This document shows positions 19,854 to 30,546 of a stretch of DNA of 64,000 nt, one piece after another; the stretch's first letter is position 1, and every line of letters begins with the position of its first letter. Under the pieces are notes generated by a model. That model saw only the letters and a program-made list of their open reading frames with translations, did no database searches and was not told the DNA's origin. Made by a program: the position numbers and the translations under genes. The DNA is from an uncultured Nitrospiraceae bacterium (GTDB taxonomy: Bacteria > Nitrospirota > Thermodesulfovibrionia > Thermodesulfovibrionales > Dissulfurispiraceae): positions 736,001 through 800,000 of the forward strand of contig CAVSHF010000003.1 in NCBI GenBank assembly GCA_963727805.1, in the 5' to 3' direction.

Positions 19854-21143
19854 TCAAATCTTCCAGTTTTCTCTGATTTCAACTGTTTTTTCCAGATAAT
19901 CCCCGATCCATTCCCTTATTGCAGGGGCCAGGTAAAAAGCAGGGTGTAGTAGATCGTCGGCTTTTTCTATCATGCCCTCGTTTCTGGCAATGATTTCTAA
20001 TGGTGTACCAGGATATATTCTGATCCCAGCCTTTAGAGACACTAGGTCGGGAGCAAGCTCTTCTACAAACTTCACGCTCTGCATTACAGTCTCCCGTGTC
20101 TCTCCTGGACCTCCCAGCAGCAAGAAACATCCATACCTGATCCTATTTTTTCTTGCGAGTTTCGCTGCTTTTCTTACATTATCCAGCGTAAAACCTTTCC
20201 TTAGGTTCTTCAGAATAAGTTCGTGACCAGATTCATTTCCGAGACTTATGAACCTGCACCCAGCTTCTGCCATAAGAGCAAATAGTTCCTCGTCGATAAA
20301 TGCAGGATTCAATATAGCCTGCCAGCTTATTTTCAAGTTCTGTGCAATGATCTCCCCGCATAATTTCTTTGCTTGTGAAAGAGGGAAATTGAAAACGTTA
20401 TCAACTATATAAAAGCGTTGGATCTGGTTTTCTTTGTTCAATAGTGCCATTTCATTGACCACTTGGTGTACATGTCGCGAGCGGCATTTTTTACCTTCTA
20501 GTAATGGGGTTGAGCAGTAAATGCATTTCATGTGACAGCCGCGTTTACTCTGTATGGTTACGCAACCAGGCATATCACCCTTGGCTTCGTGATAAGCGCG
20601 CACATCAAAGTCGGTATATCGAGGCGATATCCATTTATCATCAGAAACGTACTGTGGATTGTTCACGATAAATTGGCCATCTTTTTTCCAAACTGCTCCA
20701 GCAACCTCCTCTATCTTGCCACCTATTATTGCTTCAAGAAGTAAAGGTAAGGCTTCTTCTCCCTCTCCATAGATGCCATAGTCCGCATCGAGGAATCGAA
20801 GACAGCCGGAGGGATGTATGTTGAATCCCGAACCGCCCAATATGATTGGCGCATTACTGTTTCTGCGAATAGCTGCGACTATTTCCAGATGATTTTCGAG
20901 GAAAAAGATCGGTCTGTGCATGTCCTGATTGTCAATGTTGCGGATGGATAATCCGATGGCTTCAGGGCGAAAGTCCTTTAAGGTAGTACGAAGCTTATCA
21001 TCCCAATCATCGAGAAACATGAAGTCGAGTATCTGTACTTCATGGCCCTCACGCCTCAATGCGCTCGAAACATAGGCAAGACCAAGTGGAAACGGAGATA
21101 TATGGGTAGTAGTCCTGTTTTCTGATATGAGAAGAACTTTCAT
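19854..21143 (-). CDS. B12-binding radical SAM protein
   Basis: PLGLAYV N-terminal cobalamin-binding domain; CxxxCxxC in RGCHMKCIYC. Confidence 0.9.
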   Translation of the reverse strand: MKVLLISENRTTTHISPFPLGLAYVSSALRREGHEVQILDFMFLDDWDDKLRTTLKDFRPEAIGLSIRNIDNQDMHRPIFFLENHLEIVAAIRRNSNAPIILGGSGFNIHPSGCLRFLDADYGIYGEGEEALPLLLEAIIGGKIEEVAGAVWKKDGQFIVNNPQYVSDDKWISPRYTDFDVRAYHEAKGDMPGCVTIQSKRGCHMKCIYCSTPLLEGKKCRSRHVHQVVNEMALLNKENQIQRFYIVDNVFNFPLSQAKKLCGEIIAQNLKISWQAILNPAFIDEELFALMAEAGCRFISLGNESGHELILKNLRKGFTLDNVRKAAKLARKNRIRYGCFLLLGGPGETRETVMQSVKFVEELAPDLVSLKAGIRIYPGTPLEIIARNEGMIEKADDLLHPAFYLAPAIREWIGDYLEKTVEIRENWKI

Positions 21144-21219
21144 GTCATGTTAGACGGCGGTTGAAAATATAACCAACATGCGCCATCCCCATTCTGATAT
21201 TGTGCAATGCATAGACCTT

Positions 21220-21657
21220 TCATTTCTCCATAACTAATGTAACGGGTCCATCGTTGATAAGCTCCACTTGCATCATGGCTCCAAAGACACCTGTTTGCAC
21301 GTTTGGAATATGTTTACGGAGCTGTTTCACAAAACGTTCATATAGCTCTTTTCCTTTTGCCAGAGGGGCTGCGTCCGCATAGCTCGGCCGACGCCCTTTG
21401 CGGCAGTCGCCAAGCAGCGTGAACTGTGAGACTACAAGCGCTTCCCCGTGGACTTCACGAAGTGAGAGGTTCATCTTACCTTGATCATCGGCAAATACAC
21501 GGATTTCAGCGCATTTGGCAGCGAGCAAATCGATAGCTTCGGGTGTGTCGTCTTTGTGAATCCCCACAAGGAGAAGTAATCCCTGCCCCACACAGCCAAC
21601 TTCCTGGTTGTCAATAACGACACGAGCTCGCGTTACTCGTTGCAACATGACCTTCAT
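21220..21657 (-). CDS. dtd: D-aminoacyl-tRNA deacylase
   Basis: QRV, SQFTL and NDGPVT motifs. Confidence 0.95.
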   Translation of the reverse strand: MKVMLQRVTRARVVIDNQEVGCVGQGLLLLVGIHKDDTPEAIDLLAAKCAEIRVFADDQGKMNLSLREVHGEALVVSQFTLLGDCRKGRRPSYADAAPLAKGKELYERFVKQLRKHIPNVQTGVFGAMMQVELINDGPVTLVMEK

Positions 21658-22003
21658 AAGTGAAGAGGCCTAAGAACGATCATGATGTAAACATGTGTGA
21701 CCGCTGCAGGTGCATGTTTTGTGCTTAGCTCAACTACCATTCTGATATCTCAGTTCCTCCTCTGCCAACATTATATATGTCTACCAGTAATTGATAGTTT
21801 TAATCAATGCAATAATATACTCTTAAAGGTGACTTCTGTCTGTCAGCATTACACGCGTCATCGAATTACTTTCTAAATTCCGCAGATACTAATCATCTCT
21901 TTCAGTGTATGTAGTCATTACACTCTTGATTCTATCGGCTCATAAGGGGAATACAAATCGAGGCATTCCGTGTGTTACACTAGCCCCGAAGGAGGTATCG
22001 CCC

Positions 22004-22804
22004 ATGTTCCACTGGCTTCGCGATCATCGCCGCGCCGAGGCGCGAAAGCGCCCGTTTCCATCTGAGTGGGAGGCCTTCGTGCGAGCAAACGTGGCCCACT
22101 ACTGCGTGCTTGACGACGCTGAGCGCAGCGAACTGCAGGCGATGATACAAGTCTTCCTGCAGGAGAAGCACTGGGAGGGGTGTGGCGGCCTCGAGCTCAC
22201 CGACGAGATCCGCGTCACCATAGCAGCCCAGGCGTGTCTTCTGCAACTGGGGCTCCCCCATGACTACTATCGCAATGTGATGTCGATCATCATCTACCCT
22301 TCCACGGTCGTGCCTCCTGAGCACCGCCTTGGCGTATTCGAGCCAGTGGGCAACCCGGTTGCAATCTCCTTCCCAATCCTGGGTCAGGCGTTCAACCAGG
22401 GTCCAGTGATCCTGGTGTGGGACGCGGTCCTCCACGGGGCGCGCCACCCCGAGCAGGGTCATAATGTGGTCTACCACGAGTTCGCCCACAAGCTCGACAT
22501 GCTCGACGGAGCTGCTGACGGCACCCCGATCCTAGCCGACCGGTACCAGTTCGCCGAATGGGTAGCAGTGTGCTCCCACGAGTTCCTGCGACTACGTCAC
22601 CTCGCCGAGAAGGGCCACAAAACCTTCCTCGACGCCTACGGCGCGAAGAACGAGGCCGAGTTCTTCGCCGTTGCCACCGAGGAGTTCTTTGACCGTCCCC
22701 TTGCCCTCCAAAAGCACGCCCCTGAACTCTACCGTGTCCTCAGCGCTTATTACCGCCAGGATCCGGCCGGGCGCGTCAACCGCACCTGCCCTGTAACAGA
22801 GTGA
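22004..22804 (+). CDS. MtfA / M90 zinc peptidase family protein
   Basis: HEFAHKLD and EFFAVATE motifs; GGAGG RBS before ATG 22004. Confidence 0.9.
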   Translation: MFHWLRDHRRAEARKRPFPSEWEAFVRANVAHYCVLDDAERSELQAMIQVFLQEKHWEGCGGLELTDEIRVTIAAQACLLQLGLPHDYYRNVMSIIIYPSTVVPPEHRLGVFEPVGNPVAISFPILGQAFNQGPVILVWDAVLHGARHPEQGHNVVYHEFAHKLDMLDGAADGTPILADRYQFAEWVAVCSHEFLRLRHLAEKGHKTFLDAYGAKNEAEFFAVATEEFFDRPLALQKHAPELYRVLSAYYRQDPAGRVNRTCPVTE

Positions 22805-22878
22805 GCTAGTACCATGCGGTCCGAGGCTCTGGACAATACTTTGCAGCCTAAGATCATTCCCAACATGTCTTGCGAAAA

Positions 22879-23442
22879 TCATTCTGTTTCCAATGGAAGT
22901 AAGTTCGGGGGGTAGGTTATTTTTGTTCCCCTCACCTTCGCCCATAGCGTAAGAGTGTGGTCCCTGCTTGAGTTGGCACTCATGATATGCCTAACTTGGA
23001 CTCCTCGAATCAATAAAGCATCCCCTACCAAAGATCTGTGGCATCGCCAAGGAACCGCTTCGGCACACATGATAACTGTTGCGACTTTCTCTGATGCCTC
23101 TATGAGTTTCTTTAGACTATCTTCGAATTCCTCGGTCTGCATGTAGTCAGTGAAGCCGCGAAATGACGCGTTTCTCCATGCCATGTTTGGCGAGTCTTTC
23201 CTAGCATGTCGCAGTCCCCGAAGCCCTTTCATATGGACATATCCTATTTTGGCCGCCTTCAGGCTTTCTCTGAGCATAACCTCGTTAAACTGTGGGTTAT
23301 GCCGCGACTTCGGGATTGTGCGAATGTCCACGACTTTCTTTATTCCATAGGCCGAAATGATTTCTATAAATTCTGAGATCGTTCTTGTCGAATGGCCTAT
23401 CGTGCATACTGCAGTCTTCTGCTGACTCGTTCGTTCTTCCAT
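22879..23442 (-). CDS. DUF488 family protein
   Basis: TIGHS and MCAEAVPWRCHR motifs. Confidence 0.9.
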   Translation of the reverse strand: MEERTSQQKTAVCTIGHSTRTISEFIEIISAYGIKKVVDIRTIPKSRHNPQFNEVMLRESLKAAKIGYVHMKGLRGLRHARKDSPNMAWRNASFRGFTDYMQTEEFEDSLKKLIEASEKVATVIMCAEAVPWRCHRSLVGDALLIRGVQVRHIMSANSSRDHTLTLWAKVRGTKITYPPNLLPLETE

Positions 23443-24170
23443 GGCAGATACCCCTTAATCTTCAGTTTGTCGAGATGAAATGGAAATAGACAAATCCGGC
23501 ATAAGGCTGTCACCGCCAGGTGATATTTCTTATTTATTCGTAGTCCGTTCTTGCCTCAATCCCCATGATATTTTGAAGGTTTCTATGTCCGTCGACGTCG
23601 TCGCTGGGATATATCTTAAGCCTGTCCAAGATAAATATAGCATTTAAATCTCATTATAACGGCCTTCGCTGAGATCCCCAAGTTGCGTAGTTAAGGCAAT
23701 TCAGCACCATTTGCAGAAGCACTATGTTAAGAAAGAAACGGCTTTTATTGGACGATCACAGGATGAAGTAGAACATATTCGTCCTTTGATTACACTAAGA
23801 AAATCTTTAGTTGCTTGATTATCTCTTGATTTTTTTTCTCAATTACTATTTAACAGAAACTGCAGCGGCTCGGTTCAGACACACGTTCCGATTTTATTCG
23901 GACATACCGTAAAGGCGTGCAAGGTCGAAATAGCTCGGCCTTTTGCTCCACAGCAAAGTTGCCACCTGTCGAAGCTCAAACGTGCTAGTCTAGCCGAGTC
24001 AAACGTTGCTTCGGATTAAGATATACGCTCAGATGTACTTGCTGTACCTGACACCTGTTTTCATCTTGTCAGCGCTCACGGGTTGGAACCGGAGGAAGAT
24101 CGGTCTGTTGGAGGCAGATCGGTCTTGACAAGAGGTCATTTTTTTGATAAAAGAGATATTGAAGGGGTTT

Positions 24171-26045
24171 ATGCATAAAAAGTTTTTAACAATAGTAAGT
24201 ACACAAAGACATTCACTCTGGCCCACGGCTTTAGTGATGGGGATTGGTATTATCATAATGGTGTGCATAACTTATGTGCATGCCAACGCCGCAGACATAA
24301 AGCAGAAGAGCTACGCTTCGCCTGAAGACGTGGCACATCCGGCACCGTTCGTACAAAGCAACCTACGCGGCACACGCACGACTAAATTATCGGCCTCCAC
24401 GACCCATAAAGGTCAGCCTCTAACCTCAGAGGCCGTATGGACTGTCGTTGGCGGGCGCTCCGCCTCCGTGAGGTTCTATCAACGCATCGAGCTCGGTGGC
24501 GTATTGCTCCGCGAACTTACGTATGTGCAAACGCCTGGATCTAAGCGGTCTAGCCAAGGTAACAAAGTAACTACCGCTATGTCGATGGGGCGAATCGAGA
24601 TTTTCAATGGGCCCGCAATTCGGGGACCTCGCCATATCATTTTGAAAAACGAAAATGGCTTGCTCAAGGGTATTGCAGATGGCCGCATCTTGACCAAAGA
24701 GGAACTGCACAACGTCAGTAGTTTCTCGGATCCGGAACTATCAAACTCAATGCGAGCGCTTGTTGCAAATGCTCACCGCAACCTGCAAACCGGCCAAAAA
24801 GGTGTACGTCGGCCGATGGAGAGCAATGCGTGTGACAACTGCGACAACGACTGCGACGACAAGGCCAAAAGCTGCGGCGTGGACTCATTTACAAGCCTTG
24901 ACCCGGTAGAGTTATTTGGGTGTTATAAAACTTGGTACGATTGCAGGAACAATTGCAACAACCCGGGAGGGCCGTGCTGTAATGTTAACTGCGGAAACGG
25001 TACCTGCTGTGCCACGGGGCAATCCTGTTGTGGAGGGAGTGGTGGAACACCTCCGACGTGCTGTGACAATGGCTCCGTTTGTGTGAGCGGCATTTTCCAG
25101 GGAGTTACCCAATATTCATATTGCTGTCCTGGGGGATCCGATGCGGCTGGATGCCAATACACTGACGACGGCTTTAATATCACAATGTATTGCCGTCAGC
25201 CGAATCAAACCTGCTGCGGCTACGAAGGTGTCTGTAACAGCGGTCAATTTTGCGCCAATGCAGAGTGGGGCATCTGTTGCTCGTCGGGTCAGGATTATTG
25301 TGCCAACTCATTGACGTGCTGTAACGGGAAGTGCATCACATACAACCGCGGAACTTCCGCCGAACATCAGGAGTGCTGCACGAACCCGAACGTCATATGG
25401 GGAGACCCTAATTCCGCCGGCAACTCCACCTGCTGCGCGCCGGCAAACCGCCGGACGGCTTCGTCAGGCAAACACGTATGCTGCGATCACCCGCTTTGCG
25501 GCGACGTGTGCTGTGAGTCTCCTGCGATCTGCCAGAACGGCAAGTGCGGGATCGGCACGCCCTGCGGCAACACTTACTGCGGTTTCGGGGAACAGTGCTG
25601 TGGCGGAAAGTGCTGTAACGGGACCTGTCTGAACGGCAAATCGTGCTGCCCCAACACACAGCAGGCGTGTGGCAACGCGTGCTGCCCGCCGGGCCAGCTT
25701 TGCGTAAATGCAAAAAGCTCAACCTGTGCGGCAGCAACACACCCGACGCTGCTAATCTACAGCACCGCTAATGGCGAGTTGCTCGGGCACTCGGGCGGCC
25801 AGCCAATCCGCTACGTCAGCGGAGGGAGCATGCTTGTGAAGGGGCAATCCTTCTCGCCGGGATCGGTTGTCCTTTCGGTCGACACCCCCGGCGGTGCCCG
25901 GATCGCTACGCCTACGGCTGATGCGAAGGGGGCGTTCTCGGTGACCATCAGCACGTCGAAGTTTCCCGGCGGCAGTCATAAACTCGTCGCGTCGCAGGGA
26001 TCTGTGAGCACCAGCATCTCCCTCACAGTCGAGTTTATCCAGTGA
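24171..26045 (+). CDS. Exported Cys-rich repeat protein with beta-rich C-terminus
   Basis: Signal-like N-terminus; long stretch of CC/CxxC repeats. Confidence 0.75.
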   Translation: MHKKFLTIVSTQRHSLWPTALVMGIGIIIMVCITYVHANAADIKQKSYASPEDVAHPAPFVQSNLRGTRTTKLSASTTHKGQPLTSEAVWTVVGGRSASVRFYQRIELGGVLLRELTYVQTPGSKRSSQGNKVTTAMSMGRIEIFNGPAIRGPRHIILKNENGLLKGIADGRILTKEELHNVSSFSDPELSNSMRALVANAHRNLQTGQKGVRRPMESNACDNCDNDCDDKAKSCGVDSFTSLDPVELFGCYKTWYDCRNNCNNPGGPCCNVNCGNGTCCATGQSCCGGSGGTPPTCCDNGSVCVSGIFQGVTQYSYCCPGGSDAAGCQYTDDGFNITMYCRQPNQTCCGYEGVCNSGQFCANAEWGICCSSGQDYCANSLTCCNGKCITYNRGTSAEHQECCTNPNVIWGDPNSAGNSTCCAPANRRTASSGKHVCCDHPLCGDVCCESPAICQNGKCGIGTPCGNTYCGFGEQCCGGKCCNGTCLNGKSCCPNTQQACGNACCPPGQLCVNAKSSTCAAATHPTLLIYSTANGELLGHSGGQPIRYVSGGSMLVKGQSFSPGSVVLSVDTPGGARIATPTADAKGAFSVTISTSKFPGGSHKLVASQGSVSTSISLTVEFIQ

Positions 26046-26109
26046 CCGCCAAAGTAAGGGCATGTCACGTGATCATCGCCCTAAAGATAACCTGAATTTC
26101 CCAGAATAC

Positions 26110-26769
26110 TCATTCTGAGCTATGTGTATTCAAATCTACGATGTGATTATGGATTGCGTAATATGTCAATTCCGCATTGTGCTTCATTTGCATCTTTTCG
26201 AGGATTCTGGCACGACAGGTGCCAATGGTCTTAACGCTGAGCGACAACTTAGAGGCGATATCTTTGACCGTTCTACAGGAGGAAATCTGACACATTATCT
26301 CATATTCTAGATTGGACAGCAGCTCGTGGGGTGGCTTCACAGCCTCTGCATCGAATTCGAAGGCGAGCTTCTCGGCCAAATAAGGACTAATGTACTTTTT
26401 ACCTGAATAGACTTTCCGTATCCCCGTTATCAGGTCGTTCGAAGTGCTCTCCTTTGTAAGATACCCGTCCGCACCTGCCCTTAGTGTCCGAATCGCATAG
26501 TGATCTTCGGGGTACATACTCAAAACAAGTATCGCGAGCTTAGGCTTATGGCTTTTTATCTCCTTCAGTATATCAAGACCGCTACTGCCCAGCATTGCAA
26601 TTTCAAGGACCAACATGTCAAAATTAGCCTTCCAAATTTTATCGAGCACTTCCCGGCTATTTGCTGCTTCATCGGCCACTACTATATCGTCCGTCGCCAT
26701 CAGCACTTGCTTTAACCCCTTGCGAACCATTGTATGATTATCGGCGATGAGAATTTTAATCATGAGCAT
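26110..26769 (-). CDS. NarL/LuxR-type response regulator, atypical receiver
   Basis: Receiver domain plus C-terminal HTH (IASKLSLSVKTI). Confidence 0.85.
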   Translation of the reverse strand: MLMIKILIADNHTMVRKGLKQVLMATDDIVVADEAANSREVLDKIWKANFDMLVLEIAMLGSSGLDILKEIKSHKPKLAILVLSMYPEDHYAIRTLRAGADGYLTKESTSNDLITGIRKVYSGKKYISPYLAEKLAFEFDAEAVKPPHELLSNLEYEIMCQISSCRTVKDIASKLSLSVKTIGTCRARILEKMQMKHNAELTYYAIHNHIVDLNTHSSE

Positions 26770-27359
26770 CTCCTTCCCAACTTTCGGAATAAGATTCGAA
26801 TGTTTATTGAATATATCTAAGCTATGGTCTGCATACTTTAATCATAAAATCGGTTCATTAAGATTAAATGAAGGATTTATGAAGAATTTATCATGGATAT
26901 CTGAGCTATAGAGGTGTCGTCGGGGAGGTATTTGGGAGCACTTACAGCCCGGAATGATGCCCATGATATTTAGGTGATCCCAAAGCGTCGACTTCCGAAA
27001 ATAGAACGTTCTTTAGCATATGACGTATGAAGTGTCGAAGTCGCTAAATGCGTTTACAGGAATTGCAAACACAATTCTTCACTTCTCTACTAGGATAGGT
27101 CCCTACTGCCCTGACGGCCACTCGATTATCCAGTCTTGTTTTTGTTACGTATAGCTGCCGGAAATAATCAGTCATCAGCTAAAAAATCTCTGGAGTCTAT
27201 CGTAACAAAAGAACAAAATAGTATTTATTCTACGATAATGTAACATTTTGCAAGGAGATCATCTGCCAAAATCCCAGATATGCCGAGTCGTTACTCAATG
27301 GTATTAATCTTGCTAGTAGAAAGCAGACTGGCAGCAAAAAATGGAGGTACGTACTTACG

Positions 27360-27743
27360 ATGATTGAATATTCAAGTGCGGAACATGATTCAAGTCGATG
27401 CATACTGATTGAGGTCGAGTGCGGCGCGGTGTTGGGCTATAACAGGGCTATGCTGCTTAAAGGCCTTATCGAGTATAAATCACTGGAAAGAGCGGTTGAG
27501 GCGATAGGAATATCTCTTCAGCATGCTCGCGAACTTATCGACAATATGAACGACAATTCGACCAACCCGCTTGTCGAGACATCTGAGGAGGCTCTTATGG
27601 GCGAGCGACTCGCCGTAACAGCCGAGGGGGAAAAGGCATTGGAATCCTTTTGGAAGCTATATAGGGAATTCAAGCTTTCACTGTGTAGCCGGGCAAGACA
27701 AAAAATTACGCAGCCATTCTCGGTGCAATGTGTTAGTAAATAA
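27360..27743 (+). CDS. Divergent ModE-type winged-helix protein
   Basis: LLKGLIEYKSLERAVEAIGIS...PLVETS aligns with the neighbouring ModE-like gene. Confidence 0.6.
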   Translation: MIEYSSAEHDSSRCILIEVECGAVLGYNRAMLLKGLIEYKSLERAVEAIGISLQHARELIDNMNDNSTNPLVETSEEALMGERLAVTAEGEKALESFWKLYREFKLSLCSRARQKITQPFSVQCVSK

Positions 27744-27753
27744 TGAATTGTGC

Positions 27754-27790
27754 TTGCATTTAAGGGCGTTATTCCCTAATATATATAGCG
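27754..27790 (+). promoter_or_regulatory. Sigma70 promoter overlapped by a ModE box
   Basis: TTGCAT-17-TAATAT; CGTTAT-N12-ATAGCG at 27767-27790 has ModE operator geometry. Confidence 0.7.
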
Positions 27791-27837
27791 TTCCAGTGTG
27801 AAAAAGCTGCTCATACGTATGGGGATCTTTCGCTGAT

Positions 27838-28272
27838 ATGAAGAATGGCAAACTAAAAGTTGACCCGCATTCAGAGTGCAGAACCGCACAAAGGGATAGA
27901 GGCGAGAAAGGCCCTTGTATCCATAGGATATGTGCAGGTGATTATACCGCTCTGGGCCGCATCTGGATTGAAGGCAGGGACAGAGCTTTTCTTGGTCGCG
28001 GCAGGATCGAACTGTTGGAACGGATCAGACAATATGGTTCGATAACTGAAGCTGCCAAGTCGTTGGGCATGTCCTATCGTCATGCTTGGGAGCTTGTGGA
28101 TTCGATGACCCGCCAATCACGAACTCCGCTTGTCGAGACGGCGACCGGTGGAAAGGGAGGTGGAGGCGCAAGGCTTACTGATGCAGGCGAACAGGCCATT
28201 ATTTTTTTTCGGAAATTGGATGAGAAGTTTAGAAAGTTTCTTGAAAAGGAAATGGCAGATTTCCCACTATGA
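27838..28272 (+). CDS. modE: ModE-family wHTH regulator without a Mop domain
   Basis: LGRGRIELL...GSITEAAKSLGMSYRHAW...GGKGGGGARLT. Confidence 0.85.
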   Translation: MKNGKLKVDPHSECRTAQRDRGEKGPCIHRICAGDYTALGRIWIEGRDRAFLGRGRIELLERIRQYGSITEAAKSLGMSYRHAWELVDSMTRQSRTPLVETATGGKGGGGARLTDAGEQAIIFFRKLDEKFRKFLEKEMADFPL

Positions 28273-28335
28273 TATTTTCCGTAATCGCAATCATCAAACA
28301 TCAAATGTAATTATCTAAAGATAGGAGGAGCTGAA

Positions 28336-29097
28336 ATGAAAAAGGTGCTGATAATATTTTCTATGCTGTGCATTATCCTTTTCTGTACATATCCCTCGGG
28401 AGCAGCAGCCTCTGAAGTCACCGTCTCGGCTGCTATCAGTCTGAAGAACGCCTTTGAAGAGATCGGCAAATTGTATGAAGCCAAATATCCGAAAACGAAG
28501 GTGCTTTTCAACTTCGGTGCTTCTGGGGATCTTGTCCGTCAGATAGCCGGGGGGGCGCCGGTCGATGTTTTTGCCTCTGCCGCGCAAAAAGATATGGATG
28601 ATATGAGTGCAAAGGGCCTGGTTCTGCCCGGAACAAGGGTGGATTTCGCGAAGAACAGTGTTGTTCTTGTCGCGCCCAGAAAAGGCAAGATTAAGTCATT
28701 TGAAGATCTGGCGACTCAAAGAGTCACGCGTATAGCTGCAGGGAATCCGAAGACTGTCCCTGCAGGCCGTTATGCTGCGGAGGTATTTGATTATTACAAA
28801 CTCACACCATCTATCAAGGAAAAGCTGATTTATGCTGAGAATGTGCGACAGGTGCTCGACTATGTCGCCCGTGGTGAGGTAGACGCAGGAGTTGTCTATG
28901 CAACCGACGCAGCAGTCCGGAGCGCAGAAGTCTCTGTTGCTGCAGAAGCATCGGAATCAAGCCATAAGCCGGTTGTATATCCCATCGCGGTGGTGAGGGG
29001 AACGAAAAATGAGGCGACTGCAAAGGCGTTTATTGAAGCTGTTCTCTCCAAAGAAGGCATAGGGATCCTGAAGAAATATGGATTCCGCATTCCATAA
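28336..29097 (+). CDS. modA: Molybdate ABC transporter binding protein
   Basis: SAAISL, FGASG and VPAGRYA motifs. Confidence 0.95.
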   Translation: MKKVLIIFSMLCIILFCTYPSGAAASEVTVSAAISLKNAFEEIGKLYEAKYPKTKVLFNFGASGDLVRQIAGGAPVDVFASAAQKDMDDMSAKGLVLPGTRVDFAKNSVVLVAPRKGKIKSFEDLATQRVTRIAAGNPKTVPAGRYAAEVFDYYKLTPSIKEKLIYAENVRQVLDYVARGEVDAGVVYATDAAVRSAEVSVAAEASESSHKPVVYPIAVVRGTKNEATAKAFIEAVLSKEGIGILKKYGFRIP

Positions 29098-29099
29098 TC

Positions 29100-29765
29100 A
29101 TGGATAGTTCGGTTGTTTTCTCCCTGCGGCTGTCGTTACAGGTAGCCTTTGCGGCTACGGTGCTGATTATTATCATCGGCCTGCCGATTGCATATCTCCT
29201 TGCCAGGAAGAATTTTCCCGGCAAGGAGCTGCTCGACATTATTCTAACGCTGCCGCTCGTGTTGCCACCGACGGTGACAGGGTATTATCTGATCCTCGCA
29301 TTTGGCAGAAATGGCTTTATTGGCAGATATCTGTATGAATTGCTGGACTGGAGCATTATGTTCACATGGTATGCTGCTGTCCTTGCATCGTTTGTGGTTG
29401 CCCTACCGCTCATGATCAAGACAGGCCGTGCTGCACTTGAGAGTGTCGATAGAAATCTTATCAATGCCGCCTATACGCTTGGGCATTCGGAATGGGAAAC
29501 TGCGCTGAAAGTTACACTTCCGCTTGCTAAGCGAGGGCTTCTTGCTGGCATAGTTCTTTCATTTGCCCGTGCGTTGGGTGAATTCGGTGCTACGTTGATG
29601 TTAGCGGGAAATATTCCCGGAAAGACCGACACCATGCCGCTGGCAATATATTCGCTTTCGGCCAGCGGAGATCAGGAGCAGGCAGCGGGAATGGTTGTTT
29701 TACTTACATTAGTTGCCGCTCTTTTTTTGTACCTGGCGAACAGATATAGCAGGAGGATTTTCTGA
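29100..29765 (+). CDS. modB: Molybdate ABC transporter permease
   Basis: LPLVLPPTV and FARALGEFGAT motifs. Confidence 0.95.
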   Translation: MDSSVVFSLRLSLQVAFAATVLIIIIGLPIAYLLARKNFPGKELLDIILTLPLVLPPTVTGYYLILAFGRNGFIGRYLYELLDWSIMFTWYAAVLASFVVALPLMIKTGRAALESVDRNLINAAYTLGHSEWETALKVTLPLAKRGLLAGIVLSFARALGEFGATLMLAGNIPGKTDTMPLAIYSLSASGDQEQAAGMVVLLTLVAALFLYLANRYSRRIF

Positions 29766-30508
29766 TGGGGCTGTCAGTTTATGTAAACAAAAAATTGAAA
29801 GAGTTTTCTCTTGATGTATCGTGGGCAATCGGCGATGAGTTGGCTGTTCTTTTCGGCTTTTCGGGGTCTGGCAAATCCCTGACATTGCAGCTTATCGCTG
29901 GGCTCATGAAACCGGACAGGGGCGTTATCAAAGCGAATGGGACAATCTATTTCGATAGCGAACACCATATCAATGCGGCTCCGCAGCAGCGGTCACTCGG
30001 GTATGTATTTCAGGACCTTGCCTTGTTCCCGCATATGACAGTCAGGCAAAACATTCTTTTCGGCGCCAAAGGGGTAGCCGAAAATGAAAGAAACGAGCGA
30101 TATCGTGAACTGACAGAAACATTTTACGTGGCAACACTCGAAAACAAGCGTCCCTCTGAAATATCGGGGGGGCAGAAACAACGAGTTGCTTTTGCCAGAG
30201 CCTTGATGAGACGCCCCGATGTTCTCCTACTCGACGAGCCCTTTTCTGCGTTGGATACCCCGCTCAGAATCGAGATGCGTGCTTTTCTGAAGGATTTACG
30301 TAAAACATTTCACGTGCCGGTCGTGTTGGTGACGCACGATGCTGGCGAGGCGGCCTCGTTAGCTGACTCCATCATAGTCTATTCCGAAGGTTCTGTTATT
30401 CAAAGCGGCTCGATAAGTGATGTCTTTAGCAACCCGGCAGATGAGCGCGTGAAGCGCTTGCTGTCGGGGCAGGAAGACGCTCTTCGAACTTTCTGCAAAC
30501 AGCACTAA
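29765..30508 (+). CDS. modC: Molybdate ABC transporter ATPase
   Basis: Walker A GFSGSGKS, signature SGGQKQ, LLLDEPF. Confidence 0.9.
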   Translation: MGLSVYVNKKLKEFSLDVSWAIGDELAVLFGFSGSGKSLTLQLIAGLMKPDRGVIKANGTIYFDSEHHINAAPQQRSLGYVFQDLALFPHMTVRQNILFGAKGVAENERNERYRELTETFYVATLENKRPSEISGGQKQRVAFARALMRRPDVLLLDEPFSALDTPLRIEMRAFLKDLRKTFHVPVVLVTHDAGEAASLADSIIVYSEGSVIQSGSISDVFSNPADERVKRLLSGQEDALRTFCKQH

Positions 30509-30546
30509 CAGGAATATAAAGCGGTATAAATCGGGAGACTACGAAG

